Below, piece by piece: positions 26,564 through 39,880 of a DNA stretch of 64,000 nt. Both the position numbers and the translations under genes were made by a program. The DNA comes from Octopus vulgaris (taxonomy: Eukaryota), in the NCBI GenBank assembly GCA_951406725.2, contig OX597822.1, positions 60,698,001 through 60,762,000 of the forward strand, given 5' to 3'. The stretch's first letter is position 1; every line of letters begins with the position of its first letter. The notes below the pieces were generated by a model. The model had not been told where the DNA came from. It searched no databases and saw only the letters and a list, made by a program, of their open reading frames with translations.

Positions 26564-26779
26564 TGTCTACCTGCTCTTGAATGAGCAACTTCTAGCCATT
26601 TTTGAGGGTAGCATCAACACCAACTTTTTCTCAGCTGCAGTTCAAGCTTGAGTTTTAGTAGTAAATCAAACCAAGCACTTAAAGTACATACTTAATACAT
26701 TACGACATCAGACGAATATCCATTCTGCATGCATGCATATGTGAGTTGTAGGCAGACAGACCAACAATCAGACAGATAG

Positions 26780-27990
26780 ATTTCTTTATTAGCCATGTAG
26801 GGCCGAATACAGAGGGGACAATATAATGTAGAATTTTTCTTTTTCAAAATCAATCAAAAGGGAACAGAAAACCCATTTTTTTGGACGCGTAAACAGAGAA
26901 ATAACACAAAAGTCATTGTTAACAATTAGAGTTCCCAAAAGGGGGAAGAACTGTAACATTAACTAGGTTTATCTGTGGAAAGAAAAACCTATGTAAAAGA
27001 ACCATGGTAACCTCAGAAACAAAAGGGCAAACATTAACATGAGAGCAAGATGCTCTTTCTCTCTTTGTTTTATAGGATCATGCTCAAGGTGGTTCCATCA
27101 TCTATTCGTACCATCATTGCCACATTCACCCACCTTTTGTTGACCTTTTCATTAGACAAAACTTCCTTCTCTTTTCTCACTTTCCTCTTCAAGTGATACT
27201 TGAAGAAGTTGATGAGAGGTTGGCCAGAGAGGAAAGTGTTTGTCTCTAAACTTTTTGCATGAGTCCACCACACACATTCTTTCACCATAGCCACCAGTAC
27301 AATGGAAACTACCTTGTCTTACCAGTTGAAGGAAGGTGGCAGGACAATATTCACAAAAGACTCGGCTGACAACTGAATTCGTCCCACACATGACAGCAGC
27401 TATTCGACATAAGCTCACAGATCTGAAATGCTTAGACATTGCATGAGTGTGTGCAGAACGGTTTCATTGCTCTGACCGCATCTCGAGCAAGTCAGTCCTG
27501 TGTTTCTTGACCCATGCCTGTAGAGCTTATCCCAAATGGACAATGCTTCCCGATAGCACTGCCACGTCAGTGATCTCTGGAAATTGTCCATAGTTCCGGC
27601 CCAAAAGTGGTCCTGAAGAGGCAGGCCAGGTATTCCTCATTGGCACCCAGGTTCTCCCTAAGAATGTCGTCGCACCTTCACTAATCCTTTATAGAACGCC
27701 TTTATGGAATTGAAGTCACACAAGTTTGATCCCAGACAGCAGAGTTGCTCAAGAGCATGGCAACACTTGCAGTGCCATTCACCCAGCCTCGGTTTCTATT
27801 TGATCCACGATTGCAGTTCAGTCAAAGAGATGAGCTATGGGAAGGTATGTCTCACAAACAGCAACCAAACCTGTTTACCATCATCTATGAAGTGCTGGAA
27901 ATGTCGCAGTCTCAGCACATGTCTGCACATCATTAACTATGGCATGCCCAACCCTCCACACATAGATATAAGAGTTGCAAGCATGGCTGT
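26780..27990 (-). mobile_element. L1/Tx1-like LINE 3' part, frameshifted
   Basis: MVKECVWWT...LINFFKYHLKRKVRKE...KRW, homologous to 4975..5352. Confidence 0.65.
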
Positions 27991-28529
27991 ATGGTGAAGC
28001 TCATTTCAGCCACATATGATTCTTTTCAGCTTCTCAAACCCTTTAGAAAACTCATCCAATAGTTCTCTTGGCCTCTTTGCCAAGTAGCTAATGAATATCT
28101 AGCAAAAACTACATAGGGAGTTTTCACATACAAAATATCCAATTTAGAGATAGTCAAGTCAAAATGTTCACATCTTTCTATATACTCAAAGATGCTGGAA
28201 CTCACTTGAGCTAACAAAGTCTTACATTTATGTGGAATTTTGTCCTGGTAATGTGAACTGTACAACATATACACTGCACTAGATATATACTACAAGATAT
28301 CTTTATATATATCATCATCAGATGATGATGTGGTCTTTTGCAAAGACCACATAGTTTGTGTGAAATAGCTATTTGGCAGGCTGTACTTCTACATATTCAT
28401 GAAAGCTGCTTACTGTCTCACCCTATGAACTGGCCATAACTAACATTCTCTAAATACTCTACTGTTCTATAACTCAGAGTATGCTTCTTTTGGATTTATG
28501 ATTTAGTGACAATATATATATATCAGCAT

Positions 28530-28817
28530 TGCCTATCGTTACCAGCATCGCCTTACTGGCTCCTGTGCCGTTGGCATGTGTAAAAAGATTCGAGTGAGGT
28601 CATTGCCAGTAACGCCTGGCTGGCCCCCGTACCAGTGGCATGTAAAAGCACCCACTACACTCTTGGAGTTGTTGATGTTAGGAAGGGCATCCAGCTGTAG
28701 AAACTCTGCCAGATCAAGACTGGAGCCTGGTGCATCCATCTGGTTTGCCAGCCCTCAGTCAAACTGTCCAACCCATGCTAGCATGGAAAGCGGACGTTAA
28801 ACGATGATGATGATGAT
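28530..28817 (+). mobile_element. RTE 3' UTR/tail copy
   Basis: Closely similar to 26250..26563. Confidence 0.8.
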
Positions 28818-29013
28818 ATATATATATAAAAGTAAATAAATGGCACAACGAAGTACCGATATTTACTGGAAAATAGCGAACGTAATAAATACGACGCTAA
28901 TGTATAGCTTCACTGCGTATGTACTAGAAAAAATGCATGTGTGCAACAAACATGAAAAAATTGTCTTACCTCTAGGGAGAACATCTGAAAAATGAAATAC
29001 CTAGAAATGGATA

Positions 29014-29085
29014 ATGCGGTACCGGTTTCAGATTTTTCAAAATATGTCTGCCCACATATATTTGATTTATCCTCATCAGCCACAT
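29014..29085 (-). ncRNA. Type I minimal hammerhead ribozyme (predicted)
   Basis: atgtgg-CTGATGA-ggat...atct-GAAA-ccgg-TA-ccgcat: stem I pairs fully, palindromic ACCGGT helix III, GUA cleavage triplet. Confidence 0.8.
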
Positions 29086-29443
29086 ATACCTCGACAATAT
29101 TTCAAATGTTGCCACATCTATGCCAGTACACTCGACTGAACGCCAAAACATTGACAGAACGAGAACAGTGAAAAAGTTTCAAAGAAAATAGTAATGCAAT
29201 ACGAGAGTATTGCTTTCCAGTAAAGGATAGCCCGTGAGGGTAAAATTACTGGAAAGCAATACGAGAGTATTGCTTTCCAGTAAAGGATAGCCCGTGAGGG
29301 TAAAATTACTGGAAAGCAATACTCTCGTATTGCATTACTATTTTCTTTGAAACTTCTTCACTGTTCTCGTTCTGTCAACGTTTTGGCGTTCAGTCGAGTG
29401 TACTGGCATAGATGTGGCAACATTTGAAATATTGTCGAGGTAT

Positions 29444-29515
29444 ATGTGTCTGATGAGGATAAATCAAATATATGTGGGCAGACATATTTTGAAAAATCTG
29501 AAACCGGTACCGCAT
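29444..29515 (+). ncRNA. Type I minimal hammerhead ribozyme (predicted; one stem I mismatch next to the core)
   Basis: atgtgt-CTGATGA(29450)-ggat...atct-GAAA(29500)-ccgg-TA-ccgcat. Confidence 0.72.
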
Positions 29516-29770
29516 TATCCATTTCTAGGTATTTCATTTTTCAGATGTTCTCCCTAGAGGTAAGACAATTTTTTCATGTTTGTTGCACACACGCATTTTT
29601 GCTAGTACATACGCAGTGAAGCTATACATTAGCATCGTATTTATTACGTTCGCTATTTTCCAGTAAATATCGGTACTTCGTTGTGCCATTTATTTACTTT
29701 TATGTATAATTTTACCCTCACGGGCTATCCTTTACTGGAAAGCAATACTCTCGTATTGCTTTACTATTTT

Positions 29771-29833
<63 letters not shown>

Positions 29834-29835
<2 letters not shown>

Positions 29836-30136
29836 AGGCGCAATGGCCCAGTGGTTAGGGCAGCGGACTCGCGGTTGGAGGATCGCAGTTTTGATTCCAA
29901 GACCGGGTGTTGTGTGTGTTTATTGAGTGAAAACACCTAAAAGCTCCACGAGGCTCCAGTAGGGGGTGGTGGTGACCCCTGTTATACTCTCTAGCCCCAA
30001 CTTTCTCTCACTCTTTCTTCCTGTTTCTTGAGTAATGCTGCAATGGACTGGCATCCCGTCCAGCTGGGGGGAACACATACACCACAGAAACCAGGAAACC
30101 GAGTCCATGAGCCTAGCTAGGCTTGAAAAGGGTGCA

Positions 30137-30140
<4 letters not shown>
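29834..30140 (+). mobile_element. tRNA-derived SINE
   Basis: ggaggcgcaatggcccagtggttaggg A box, degenerate B box ttttgattcc, A/TA tail. Confidence 0.8.
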
Positions 30141-30187
<47 letters not shown>

Positions 30188-31202
30188 TATACGTGTGTGT
30201 GTGTAGCTAAATATATTTAACCACATGTAAATATATTACTGATCTATTCATTAGAGTGTGCTTGTTTTTCGAATACATGATGCATGGACAATATATATAA
30301 TACGCACACAAAATCTGACATACACCTTACACTAAATATACAATACTTCAAAAGGAACATGTCAGTGGTGGCCTAACTAACCTATTGGCTAAAAGGAAAA
30401 GAAAAATATTTACTACAAATGTCATATAGGCAAATCTAGTTCAATGTAACACTGGTTTCATATTTTGGAGCAAGGCCAGCAATTTTGAGGGTGTTGGTAA
30501 GTGAATTACATCGACTCCAGTGCTCAACTGGTACTTATTTTATCTATCCTGAAAATCAGCAATTTTTGGGAGGAGTTAAGTTGATTACATCGAACTTAGT
30601 GCACAACTGGTACATATTTTATCAACACCGAAAGGATGAAAAGCAAAGTTGACCTCAGCAAAATCTTAACTCAGAACACAAAGACAGACAAAATGCTTAG
30701 CAGCATTTTGTCCAGTATGCTAATGATTCTGCCAGCTTACCACCTTCTAGTTCAATGTAATATTAATACTTATACAGATGCTGTAACATTAGTCTGAAAG
30801 ACAGCAGTCTACTGTTTGGTGTATATCAACAACACCAAGGAGCTTCGATATAAGTCATTCCACCTGCAAGAAATTGCAACCAAATATTCCTTAAATGTGG
30901 ATGACACATTAAATAGTGTAGTATTGTAGAAAATAACAAGTTGGTTACCTTTGATTATAGCTCTTTGAGATTGCAGCTGATCAAGAGCTAAACAACATTC
31001 TAATTTCCAGGCTACTATCAGAGCTGATTTCTTTGGCTGTTGATGGCATTGTTATTGATGGTCAAGTTGTTAGGATTATAATCCTGCAGGCCAATTGGAC
31101 AACTGTTCATATCTTGCCATGGTAGGGAATATATTTGAGGTATTTAGAAGGTATCAGAAGATAAAGAGAAGAGCTTATATATATGTAAAAAAATAAACTT
31201 AC

Positions 31203-31319
31203 CTGTGAAGTGAATACATACTTGTAGAGTTTAAAGTGTCTAAAATATGTATTTGTCATATAACAGGCTATTTTCCTAACATCCTTTATTGAAAACAGTT
31301 CAGTGCTGTATGGTGGACG
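31203..31319 (-). CDS. CFAP119: CFAP119 coding exon 6 (RPPYSTELFSIKDVRKIACYMTNTYFRHFKLYKYVFTSQ)
   Basis: tttgtag| ... cag|gtaagt; RPP.S...F and NTYFRHFKLYKYVFT are the CLAMP/CCDC189 signature. Confidence 0.95.
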
Positions 31320-31844
31320 CTACAAATAGAAACCAATAAATGACTGGTGGCCAGTTATTCTTGTTGTTTAGTTCAGGTTAGATCTGATCAAGTAGACCTA
31401 TAATCGAAGGTGTTCCAGCTATGGCCATTGCATCTGTTATTCATACAGGGTTTATCTAGAGTAATTATCTAATGCATTCTTTTACTCAGATGGTGAGAAA
31501 GGTTAAAAACTCACACAAATTGTTCGAAATAGAGGCCAATGTTCCTTAGATTCCACTCTACTATCCTAGAAAATGACCATATTGAGAAATGTAGTCATAG
31601 ATACACCATGTCTAATAAGTTGGAACACTTTTCATTATGTCAGATGGATCGATGATTACTTGGAGTCAAACAACAACTACTACAACAATTGCACACCTTA
31701 CTTAGTATCACAATGACAGGACAACATTATCCATATCAAAACATTAATTTTACCTAGTTAACCCGATTTTCCAGTGTAAGTAAAGGGAAAACTGGAGTAC
31801 TATCCTTTAGCTAAATTATAAGCACAGAAAGGAACCTGATCACT

Positions 31845-32255
31845 TATGCGGAGGCCAATATAAAATAAGATATCTGAGGACCAAAGACAGATTTATGTTT
31901 ATAAAAAAACAGATAACTTTATTTATCAAAAATGCTATGACGATAAAAATAAACCTTCTTTTTTATAATGTTATTCAATAAAGTCACCTTCAGCTTCAAT
32001 AACTGCTTCTATATGAGATCTAAATCATCTACATGCTCAAATCAAGTGGTCCTGATTCATTTTGGACATTACCCTTGATTATGGCAGCTTTCAAAGAATC
32101 TTTGGTGTTATGGGCATATTCCCTGACCTTTCTCTCAAGAATGCTCCACATGTAATAGTCCAATGGATTGCAATCTAGGGAATTAGGAGGCCAAATGTTA
32201 GGGGTTATGTGATCATGAAAATTTTCAGCCATCCATTCTTGTGTTACTAGAGCCA
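31845..32255 (-). mobile_element. Tc1/mariner-superfamily transposase 3' fragment
   Basis: WPPNSLDCNPLDYYMW motif in ORF 32029..32322. Confidence 0.8.
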
Positions 32256-33300
32256 TGTGTAATAGTGCAGTCTTACTGAATGTTGCCAGGAGGATTGACA
32301 CCAATGTCACTTGGCAGAGCATTCAAAAGATGGTCAGGAATTGTGATAGGTGTCAATTCATTGACCCTGCTCTGGATGTGCATGAGCAGAGAAACATCTC
32401 AGTAGAGCATAACTGGAGACGATTGGCAGTGGATGTGACACACTACCAGCAGGGGACATATCTCTCGATGGTCGACTGTGGGCCAGGTCGGATGGCCATT
32501 TGGAGGGAATTGAAGACAGGTACTGCAGACAAGCAGGGCCCTGTGGATGAATTGCTAATGGAAAACAGCACTGCATTTCATTCAGAGACAGTGACGGAGA
32601 TGCTTGATAAGTGGAATGTACACCATTTCTTCAGAGTAGTTTACAGGCCAAGTGGAAATGGAATTGTGGAAAGACATAATTGAACGATCAAGTATGGTGG
32701 GGGGGGGCACATCTTGCCACTTGAAGCAGTGTTCTGGTACAATACATCGCCTCAATCAGGATAGACTGAAGAGTCCGTGCCACACAGAGCGATGTTCAGA
32801 TATGAATGGTGGCATCCAAGTAAACCATCAGAATGATCTGTGGAAGAGAGAGAGCCTGTCTTCGCAGAGGTGGGATATGAAGTCTGGATCAAGCCCCCAA
32901 AGGCAAGCTGCACATTTCAGTGGAAAAGAGGAACAGTGGTGGCTGTTAACTCCAAAAATAACATTTCTGTAGATGGAATACCACGTCATGTCTTGGATGT
33001 TCACAGGATTGTCACTTTGTCAGACAACAAAGATGGGCGAGAAGAAGAGAATGAGACTACTTTTCAATGAAGATCACAGCATGAGAGGTATCAACCTGGG
33101 TGGGTGGCAGATTTTGATGTGGAGTAAAGTGAGGAGGTGATCTTTGAGATCAGCGGAGTGGGTGGAAATGAAATGAGCCAGAAGGAAAAGGCTGTGACAT
33201 CAACAGTCAAGGGGCTTGAATGGAACAGGAAGGACAAGAGAGGACATGAAGAAAGAAAGACCAGGGTCATCCTCTTTTGCCTTGGGGGTTCACAACAAAC
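32256..33300 (+). mobile_element. Gypsy-type LTR retrotransposon integrase remnant
   Basis: VRNCDRCQ zinc motif, WRRLAVDVTH, YRPSGNGIVERHN. Confidence 0.8.
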
Positions 33301-33319
33301 GGACATGAGGTGAGTGAGC

Positions 33320-33990
33320 TGATAGGGATAGGTACTAGCAGCTGCTATCATTAGGTGCATGGGCTGGGCACGAGTTTTGGATTGAATACAGCTGGACAGC
33401 AAAACGACAAGAAGGCAGGCGAATTCGTTCTTATTTCCCTGCATTACAGTTCCCTCATACAACAGGTACCAATGCATGACATTACAAGTCAGAACATTTT
33501 TGAAAAAGTGCAACAAGTTCTGCATGAACATAATTTTAATTTGGCAAAGCTTGTTTGTTTAGCTATTGATGATGCTGCAAACATGGCTGGTACACATAAC
33601 AGTGTTGATGTCAAGTTACAGACAAAGATTCAAAGCACATGCCCAAATTCAATATTTGCCCATTTCCATGGTTTCATTCATCAGCAAAACTTGTGTTAAA
33701 AGATTTAAAAACTGGATCATGTTATCAAATTACTTACAAAGACAGTTAACTATATCCATGGCTGAGCATTGAACCATCGTCAGTTCAGCCAATTGTTGGA
33801 AGATGTGGAGTGTGATTTTACTGATGTTCAATAATACGCTGAAATACGTTGGTTATCGTGCTATAAAGTATTGAAAAGATTCCATTTGAGAAAAGAAACT
33901 ATTTTGTTTTTAGGAATGAAGGCCAGAATACAGAGGAACTGAAGGAGGAAAGTTGGTTTCAGTAGCTGGCCTTTGCTGTGGATATTGAGA
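33320..33990 (+). mobile_element. hAT (SPIN/GTF2IRD2-like) transposase fragment
   Basis: LAIDDAANMAG, HGFIHQQNLC, then EIRWLSC..VLKRF in downstream broken frames. Confidence 0.75.
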
Positions 33991-34765
33991 CTCGGCAGTT
34001 AGACATGCCCGCTTTAAGATATATATATATACATACATACACATAGAGGTGTAAACAAACACACATATTTATAAACACTGACAAACAAACACACATATTT
34101 ATAAACACTGACAAATATTTGTAAATGAGTTGTACAGATATAAATAATGTGACTGGCAGAATGAGATTGTGTATAAACTGTATAATCTGGCAGAATGAGA
34201 TTGTGTCAGAAAAGGAAAATTAATGTACTTGCTGTGTCACTCAATGGAGGAACATAGGACTGTAATATATTTCAGAGGGATACCTGTCATTGAATAATCC
34301 ATATAAATCATGCAACATATATTAGAGGATCTGTCACAGGTAGTAAGACATATATCAATGGGATAGTCATATACCACCACATAATATATATGGACACTGT
34401 AGCATATATTAAGATGTTGTGTAAATTATACAGACAGTGTGCTTATATGTTAAAGGATGTGATATAGTCACCATGACATGCATTAGAAGGAATGTAATAG
34501 ACCATTTGAGAAATATAAGCAGGGTATGTCATATCCAGTATCATATGTATTACATATTATAGACAGTGAGACATATATCACAGGTAGTGTAACTTTCAGT
34601 CACTTTGAAATATAATACAGAGTGGTTTAACTCACAAAGACACCAAAGAATATATTAGAGCGAGTGTCATAGTGTGTGATATTTTATAGGGAATATCACA
34701 GTATGATCTGTATTGCGGACAGTGTCTATGTATGATACATATAAAATAAAAGGATTTTAACTTAC

Positions 34766-34836
34766 GCAAACACTGTGACATATGAGAAGGTCTTTGAAAT
34801 AGGTAAATGTTTTTTCCATGTTGCCAAAAGGGCTTT
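34766..34836 (-). CDS. CFAP119: CFAP119 coding exon 5 (ESPFGNMEKTFTYFKDLLICHSVC)
   Basis: ctttttag|aa ... tgc|gtaagt; matches CCDC189 TPLGNVEECYRYF..LFCH.V. Confidence 0.93.
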
Positions 34837-35497
34837 CTAAAAAGAATAAAATAAATTTTGTATGAAACGCAGTCTTTTGACTAAGGGAAAAGATTAATTT
34901 ACATAGATATACTGAATAGTAAATATTGTTGTTACTATAGTTGTTGTGAAGGTTGGACTGATGTTGGGATATCCTTGGTTAACTAGACAAATAGTAAGGA
35001 AATTGTTAAGTATTGGCTGTTTTTGTTTAAACTAGAAAAGAGAGATATTGTTGGTGAAATTGTATTTTTGGGTCAAGATTTTAAGTATTGACTGCTTTTG
35101 ATCAAAGAGGTCTGTGATCAAAAATGTTCCAAAAGTCATCAGCCCATTTTCTTTTCAAATAGTAGAATGTGATTTGAAATAGATTTGGCTGCTATTACTA
35201 ACAAACCAAGTGACTGTATAGAGACTTTGCTGTTGTTTCATACCAGGTTAATTGCTATATAGCCCCAGGTGATCCCTGATTGTGTAGATGCATGATTTAA
35301 ATAATTCCAACTAAGATCATCTAATGTTTCCTCAGCAGAGTATATTTAGGTTCACATTATCTAATGTTTTTTCTAATGAGGTAGTGTGTGATTTAAATAA
35401 ATTTCTAGCAGATCAAGCAATAGCATAGAGGCTCCCTTGATGATTGACTTACCAGAAAATTGTCTTTGATTGTAACATTGTTGTTATAATGTGAAAG

Positions 35498-35800
35498 CCT
35501 ATGGCTTAGCAGTTAGGGTATTCAGCTCACAATTGTAAGGTCATGAGTTCAATAACTGGTGGTGAGTTTTATCCTTCAGCAAGACACTTTATTTCTTGTT
35601 ACTCCAGTTCACTCAGCTAGCAAAAATGAGTAGGCCAGCCTTGTCACACTCTGAGTCATACTGAATCTCCCTCAGAACTATGTTAAGGATACATGTGTCA
35701 GTGGAGTGCTCAGCCACTTGCAAGTTAATTTCAGGAACAGGCTGTTTCGTTGATTGGATCAACTGGAAACCTCATCATTAAAACCAACAGAGTCTCAGTT
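35498..35800 (+). mobile_element. tRNA-derived SINE
   Basis: tggcttagcagttaggg A box, gagttcaat B box, cagcaagacactttatttc body. Confidence 0.7.
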
Positions 35801-36547
35801 GTTGTAATAAAGTATATTATGACATAGAAACGGATATTACTTCCACAGACCACAATGATCAGCTGATTCCTATGATGGTGCACACAGATGAAAGATAAAT
35901 CATCTGGACAGAATACCAGTTTATATTTTGTATATGTAATGTCTTGTACAGAATACATACAATATTCTATGCTAAATTAATATAATATCCTATATAATGT
36001 ACATATAATATCCTCTCCTTTTTTACTATTCTGTTGATATAGAATCCTATACTTGTACATTAGTGTATAGGTTATGCTATTCCAAACTATATTGGCACAG
36101 ATTCTTACATTTTGTACATATAATATAATTCTTACACTATTCTATACTTTATTACAGAATATATAAATAGCTAATACTGCATATACATATAGAGATAAAT
36201 ACCTTGTTTTATATACACCTTCATGGACATAAAAAGAGAGATCAGTTAAACTAGTTTCCATCTTGTGAACCTGAGTAGAATCTTCAATTGTTTGACTGTC
36301 CCTGGAGACAGTACTAGCTAAAATCTATAGATATATTCAGTAGTATATATAGCACTGAAACAGAACACAAAGATCTATTACTCTGCTATACTATGTACCA
36401 TGATTACTTTATTTTCCAGAATATTGTGCCAGACAATATTCACAGTAAGGGTTAGCAACAGAAAAATTATCTGAGCATAGAAAATCTGGGACAATGAAAT
36501 TCCATCTGACCCACTGAAATTATGTATGTATATATATGTGAATTAAT

Positions 36548-36584
<37 letters not shown>

Positions 36585-36957
36585 CTATCTGTCAAAATAA
36601 ATAAATAAATAATGATATATAGTTATTGATGAGGGATTATCAATCCAGGCAAAATACTTCATAAGCTCTCTGTTGGCACACCAGGCTAACAATATTGTTT
36701 GGATTAGCAAAAAACTCCATGGTAGAGTCCGAGGTTATAGTTCATCATCATTCTATAATTGTCAATTTATGATTGCACTCCCAGTCAAACTAATCAATAG
36801 ACCAATTGAGAAACCTATCAGTAACAAACCTATAATGACTATTGGAAACAGATGTAAGCTAAATTTACTCTTATAAAGGAAAAATATGTAATGACCACTA
36901 TTTATATCTTATCTTGTAAATTGTGTGTGTGTGTGTGTGTATAGATATGTGTGTAGG

Positions 36958-37029
<72 letters not shown>

Positions 37030-37268
37030 ATTAATAATAATAATAAAGAATATGGAGACTATTATTAATATCAAAATACACACCAGACAACGCTTACTGT
37101 CCAGTGAAGAGTACAAGGAATTACCCATTAGAAGAATTCACGATGTGACTAACAACTAAGTGTAGTCACAAACATTAGATAGTGATCGTTGTGGTTAGCC
37201 ATTAACTGAAACTTAACTGAGAGCTAATACGAAATCCACCTGGATAATATGTCCCTCCAAACTCACTT

Positions 37269-37336
<68 letters not shown>

Positions 37337-38502
37337 ATGTATGTATCTTTGTTCTGTGGGCAATGTCATGGCAGTCCTATAGACCCTTACAAAGAGAACC
37401 AAAATCCTTTGTGGCAAAACATATTCACCTTTCAACTTTGAGGTCAGAAGAGTTTGTACAAGTCACTGTGTAACTGAGATAAAGGGCTCAGTGTACTTTA
37501 GGGGCTCTCCATATATGTCAGTGGCTCAGGCTCTCTCAATCTATTAGGCATGGTGGGAGCTGGTAGAACAGGTCAATTTTTGAAGTATTGATCTTGAAGT
37601 CTGCTGCACAAGAAGACTGGTCCACAATGTTTTGCATGTCCTCAACATTGCTGGCCATAAATGCTGACTCATCTGTGTAGAAAAGCTCCCTAACATACAT
37701 TTCCTTGATTTTGGTGAATGCATAAAGACACGCCAAACTGAAGAGCTTCCCACCTGTTTTGGTGTGGATAAAAACCAAACCTGGGCACCAAACCAGTTTT
37801 CTGTTAATCATTAATTAACGAAGTTAACATTTTCTTTAACGATTTAACTTTTAGGTTAACTTTGGAAATCATTATCAGACTAATTAACTTCTGTTAACTC
37901 AAGTCCACTAACCCAAAAATTTGGTAAAAACCAGTAAACATTTAAAAGTTTCTATTATTTTCAGATAATTGTAATATTTCATAATCATAATTTTATTTTA
38001 AAAAACTTGTCTTTCTATTCCAGGACTACCACAGACAATGGTAGCAACTTTGTGAAGGCCTTTGTCCAGTTTGGAGCAGAGGCAGACAGACTGCCAGACC
38101 TGATGATGCTGCTGAGTCTACTCTGTGGATGAGCAGAAGTTAGAGTGTGTCTCCCTGGAAGACTTCGTGGCTGTGCGTGTGGCTAAGCCTGACGATGTCG
38201 ACACAGTCGTTGGCAATCCCATCAACCTGCCAGCACACATGAGGTGTGTTGCCCATACCTTCAGCCTAGTGGCCAGCAAGGAATGCAGATGCTGCATTGC
38301 AGAGTGGAATGTTCAAGAGGCCCTACAGGGCTGCCATGGCCAAGGCACGTGCCCTCTGGAACCAGCAAGATCATAGCACTGTAGCAGCAGACAGCATCTA
38401 TGCTGAGGTGGAGAGGAGGCTGGTTGTCCCCAACACACAAGGTAATAAATTATTAATAAAATAATATTATATCATATTATTACAATATATATATATTATA
38501 TA

Positions 38503-39210
38503 TGAGGCGTTTAGTAACAGACCATCGTAAGCGCCACAACTTAAAAACCAAGAAAAACACAAAGTTTCACAACTTTCAGAATACGATATCTTGGCAAGGA
38601 ATGAAGTTAGGGAGCTGGTTTTGGTCTTAAAATGACCGTGAAAACCTCCTCTAATTATTCAACCTTTGTAAAAATTATTTATCTATGTATGTATCTGAAA
38701 GCTGAAACAATGACTGCGTCTTACTCATTTTGTAGAATATACAGGTACTACAAAACGGTGTATCACATTGCATATTTTAGCCATAATACCTAGAAAAAAC
38801 AGACCCTCAAAGGTATTGCTTGAATTTTAATATACCCAGGGAAGTATCTTTAATAGGTAAGTAAGACAAGATAATAGCCCATTGTCATTATGATGGTAAT
38901 GAGGAATATTAGAAAATGAGCCATAACACCTCAAAATTGATACAGGGATCTCACCAAAGTTATTGATTGAGCATGTGTGCTTAGGATGGTGCTTTACTAA
39001 ACTCTCTGGTCCAAGTTTGGGTGAGCAAGAGTCATGTCAATAGTGTCAAGGTGCAAATTTTTTCAGTCGGATTTTCGACCTTATTGCAAACCTTACCAGT
39101 CCTTCCTCCCAACTTTTTCGGATTCTAGACAGTAAGACAAAGAAAATGATATACAAACCTCAAAAATGGCTGGGGTGGTGCTTACGACACTCTGTTACTA
39201 AATGTATCTT
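38503..39210. mobile_element. MITE nested in the hAT element
   Basis: Inverted ends tttagtaacagaccatcgtaagcgcc / ggtgcttacgacactctgttactaaa in a TA-rich site. Confidence 0.65.
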
Positions 39211-39488
39211 ATAATATTATATTTTAGTGGCTGCAGCAATCACTTGTGCACAAGCTATTGGTAGAACCAGTATGTAATATTCGGAACACTTTGATGAACT
39301 TCAGCTTCTAGACACATATTATATTATAAATCCTTCAAAACACATATCATATTATATATTAATTATTAATATAATACTAAAATAATATTATATATACTAA
39401 ATTATAAAATAAATATTGACATTTGATTTGACAATATATTTTTTACTAGCCTGTTTCCTTACAAATTTGAATTTCTAAAATTTGCTAA

Positions 39489-39880
39489 TCTCTACATATA
39501 TAAAGCTGAAGTTGTCTGTGTATGGCAGGTTTGGTAGCCTTCAACTAACACTATCTCCTCTGAGACCCTGTGGTGCAAGTTGACCAAAATTGAGAGTATG
39601 ATAGAAGAAGGCTTGCTCTTCCTTCCATAGAAGAAAAAATTCAAATCGGACCACGTTAACACCAAAAATTATTTACATCAAAAAGGTGTTTTTTCTCTAT
39701 GAAAATCCCTATTTTTTACAATATTTTGACTGCTGTGTTGCCATTTTTTGGTGTATTTCAACCAAAAGAATATTCACTTAAAGAGAATAACAAGCTACAT
39801 AATGCAAAAATTTTACTTTTCAAAAATTCCAATTCTAAAGGGTCGAAACAAACCTGAGCAATGCCGGGCGATACTGCTAG
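39489..39880 (+). mobile_element. Non-autonomous Helitron
   Basis: A|TC ... subterminal hairpin cctgagcaatgccggg ... CTAG|T, no TSD. Confidence 0.8.

Larger units (their letters stand above)
28823..29773. mobile_element. Inverted pair of a 426-nt non-coding hammerhead-bearing unit (Penelope pLTR / retrozyme-like) in (TA)n
   Basis: Arms 28823..29247 (-) and 29308..29773 (+) are nearly identical; the plus copy repeats its first 40 nt at 29734; TA tracts on both flanks. Confidence 0.85.

Noticed and set aside
28206-28257. Extra CFAP119 exon (cag|...caa|gtgagt)
   Set aside because: Phases do not fit, and exons 6 and 7 already join as in homologues (FTSQ-VRLDL).
36898-37473. ORFs rich in YI/CV/HT (also near 23967, 29681, 41030, 46519, 49411-50466, 54609-54905)
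   Set aside because: Translations of (TA)n, (TG)n and (CA)n microsatellites.
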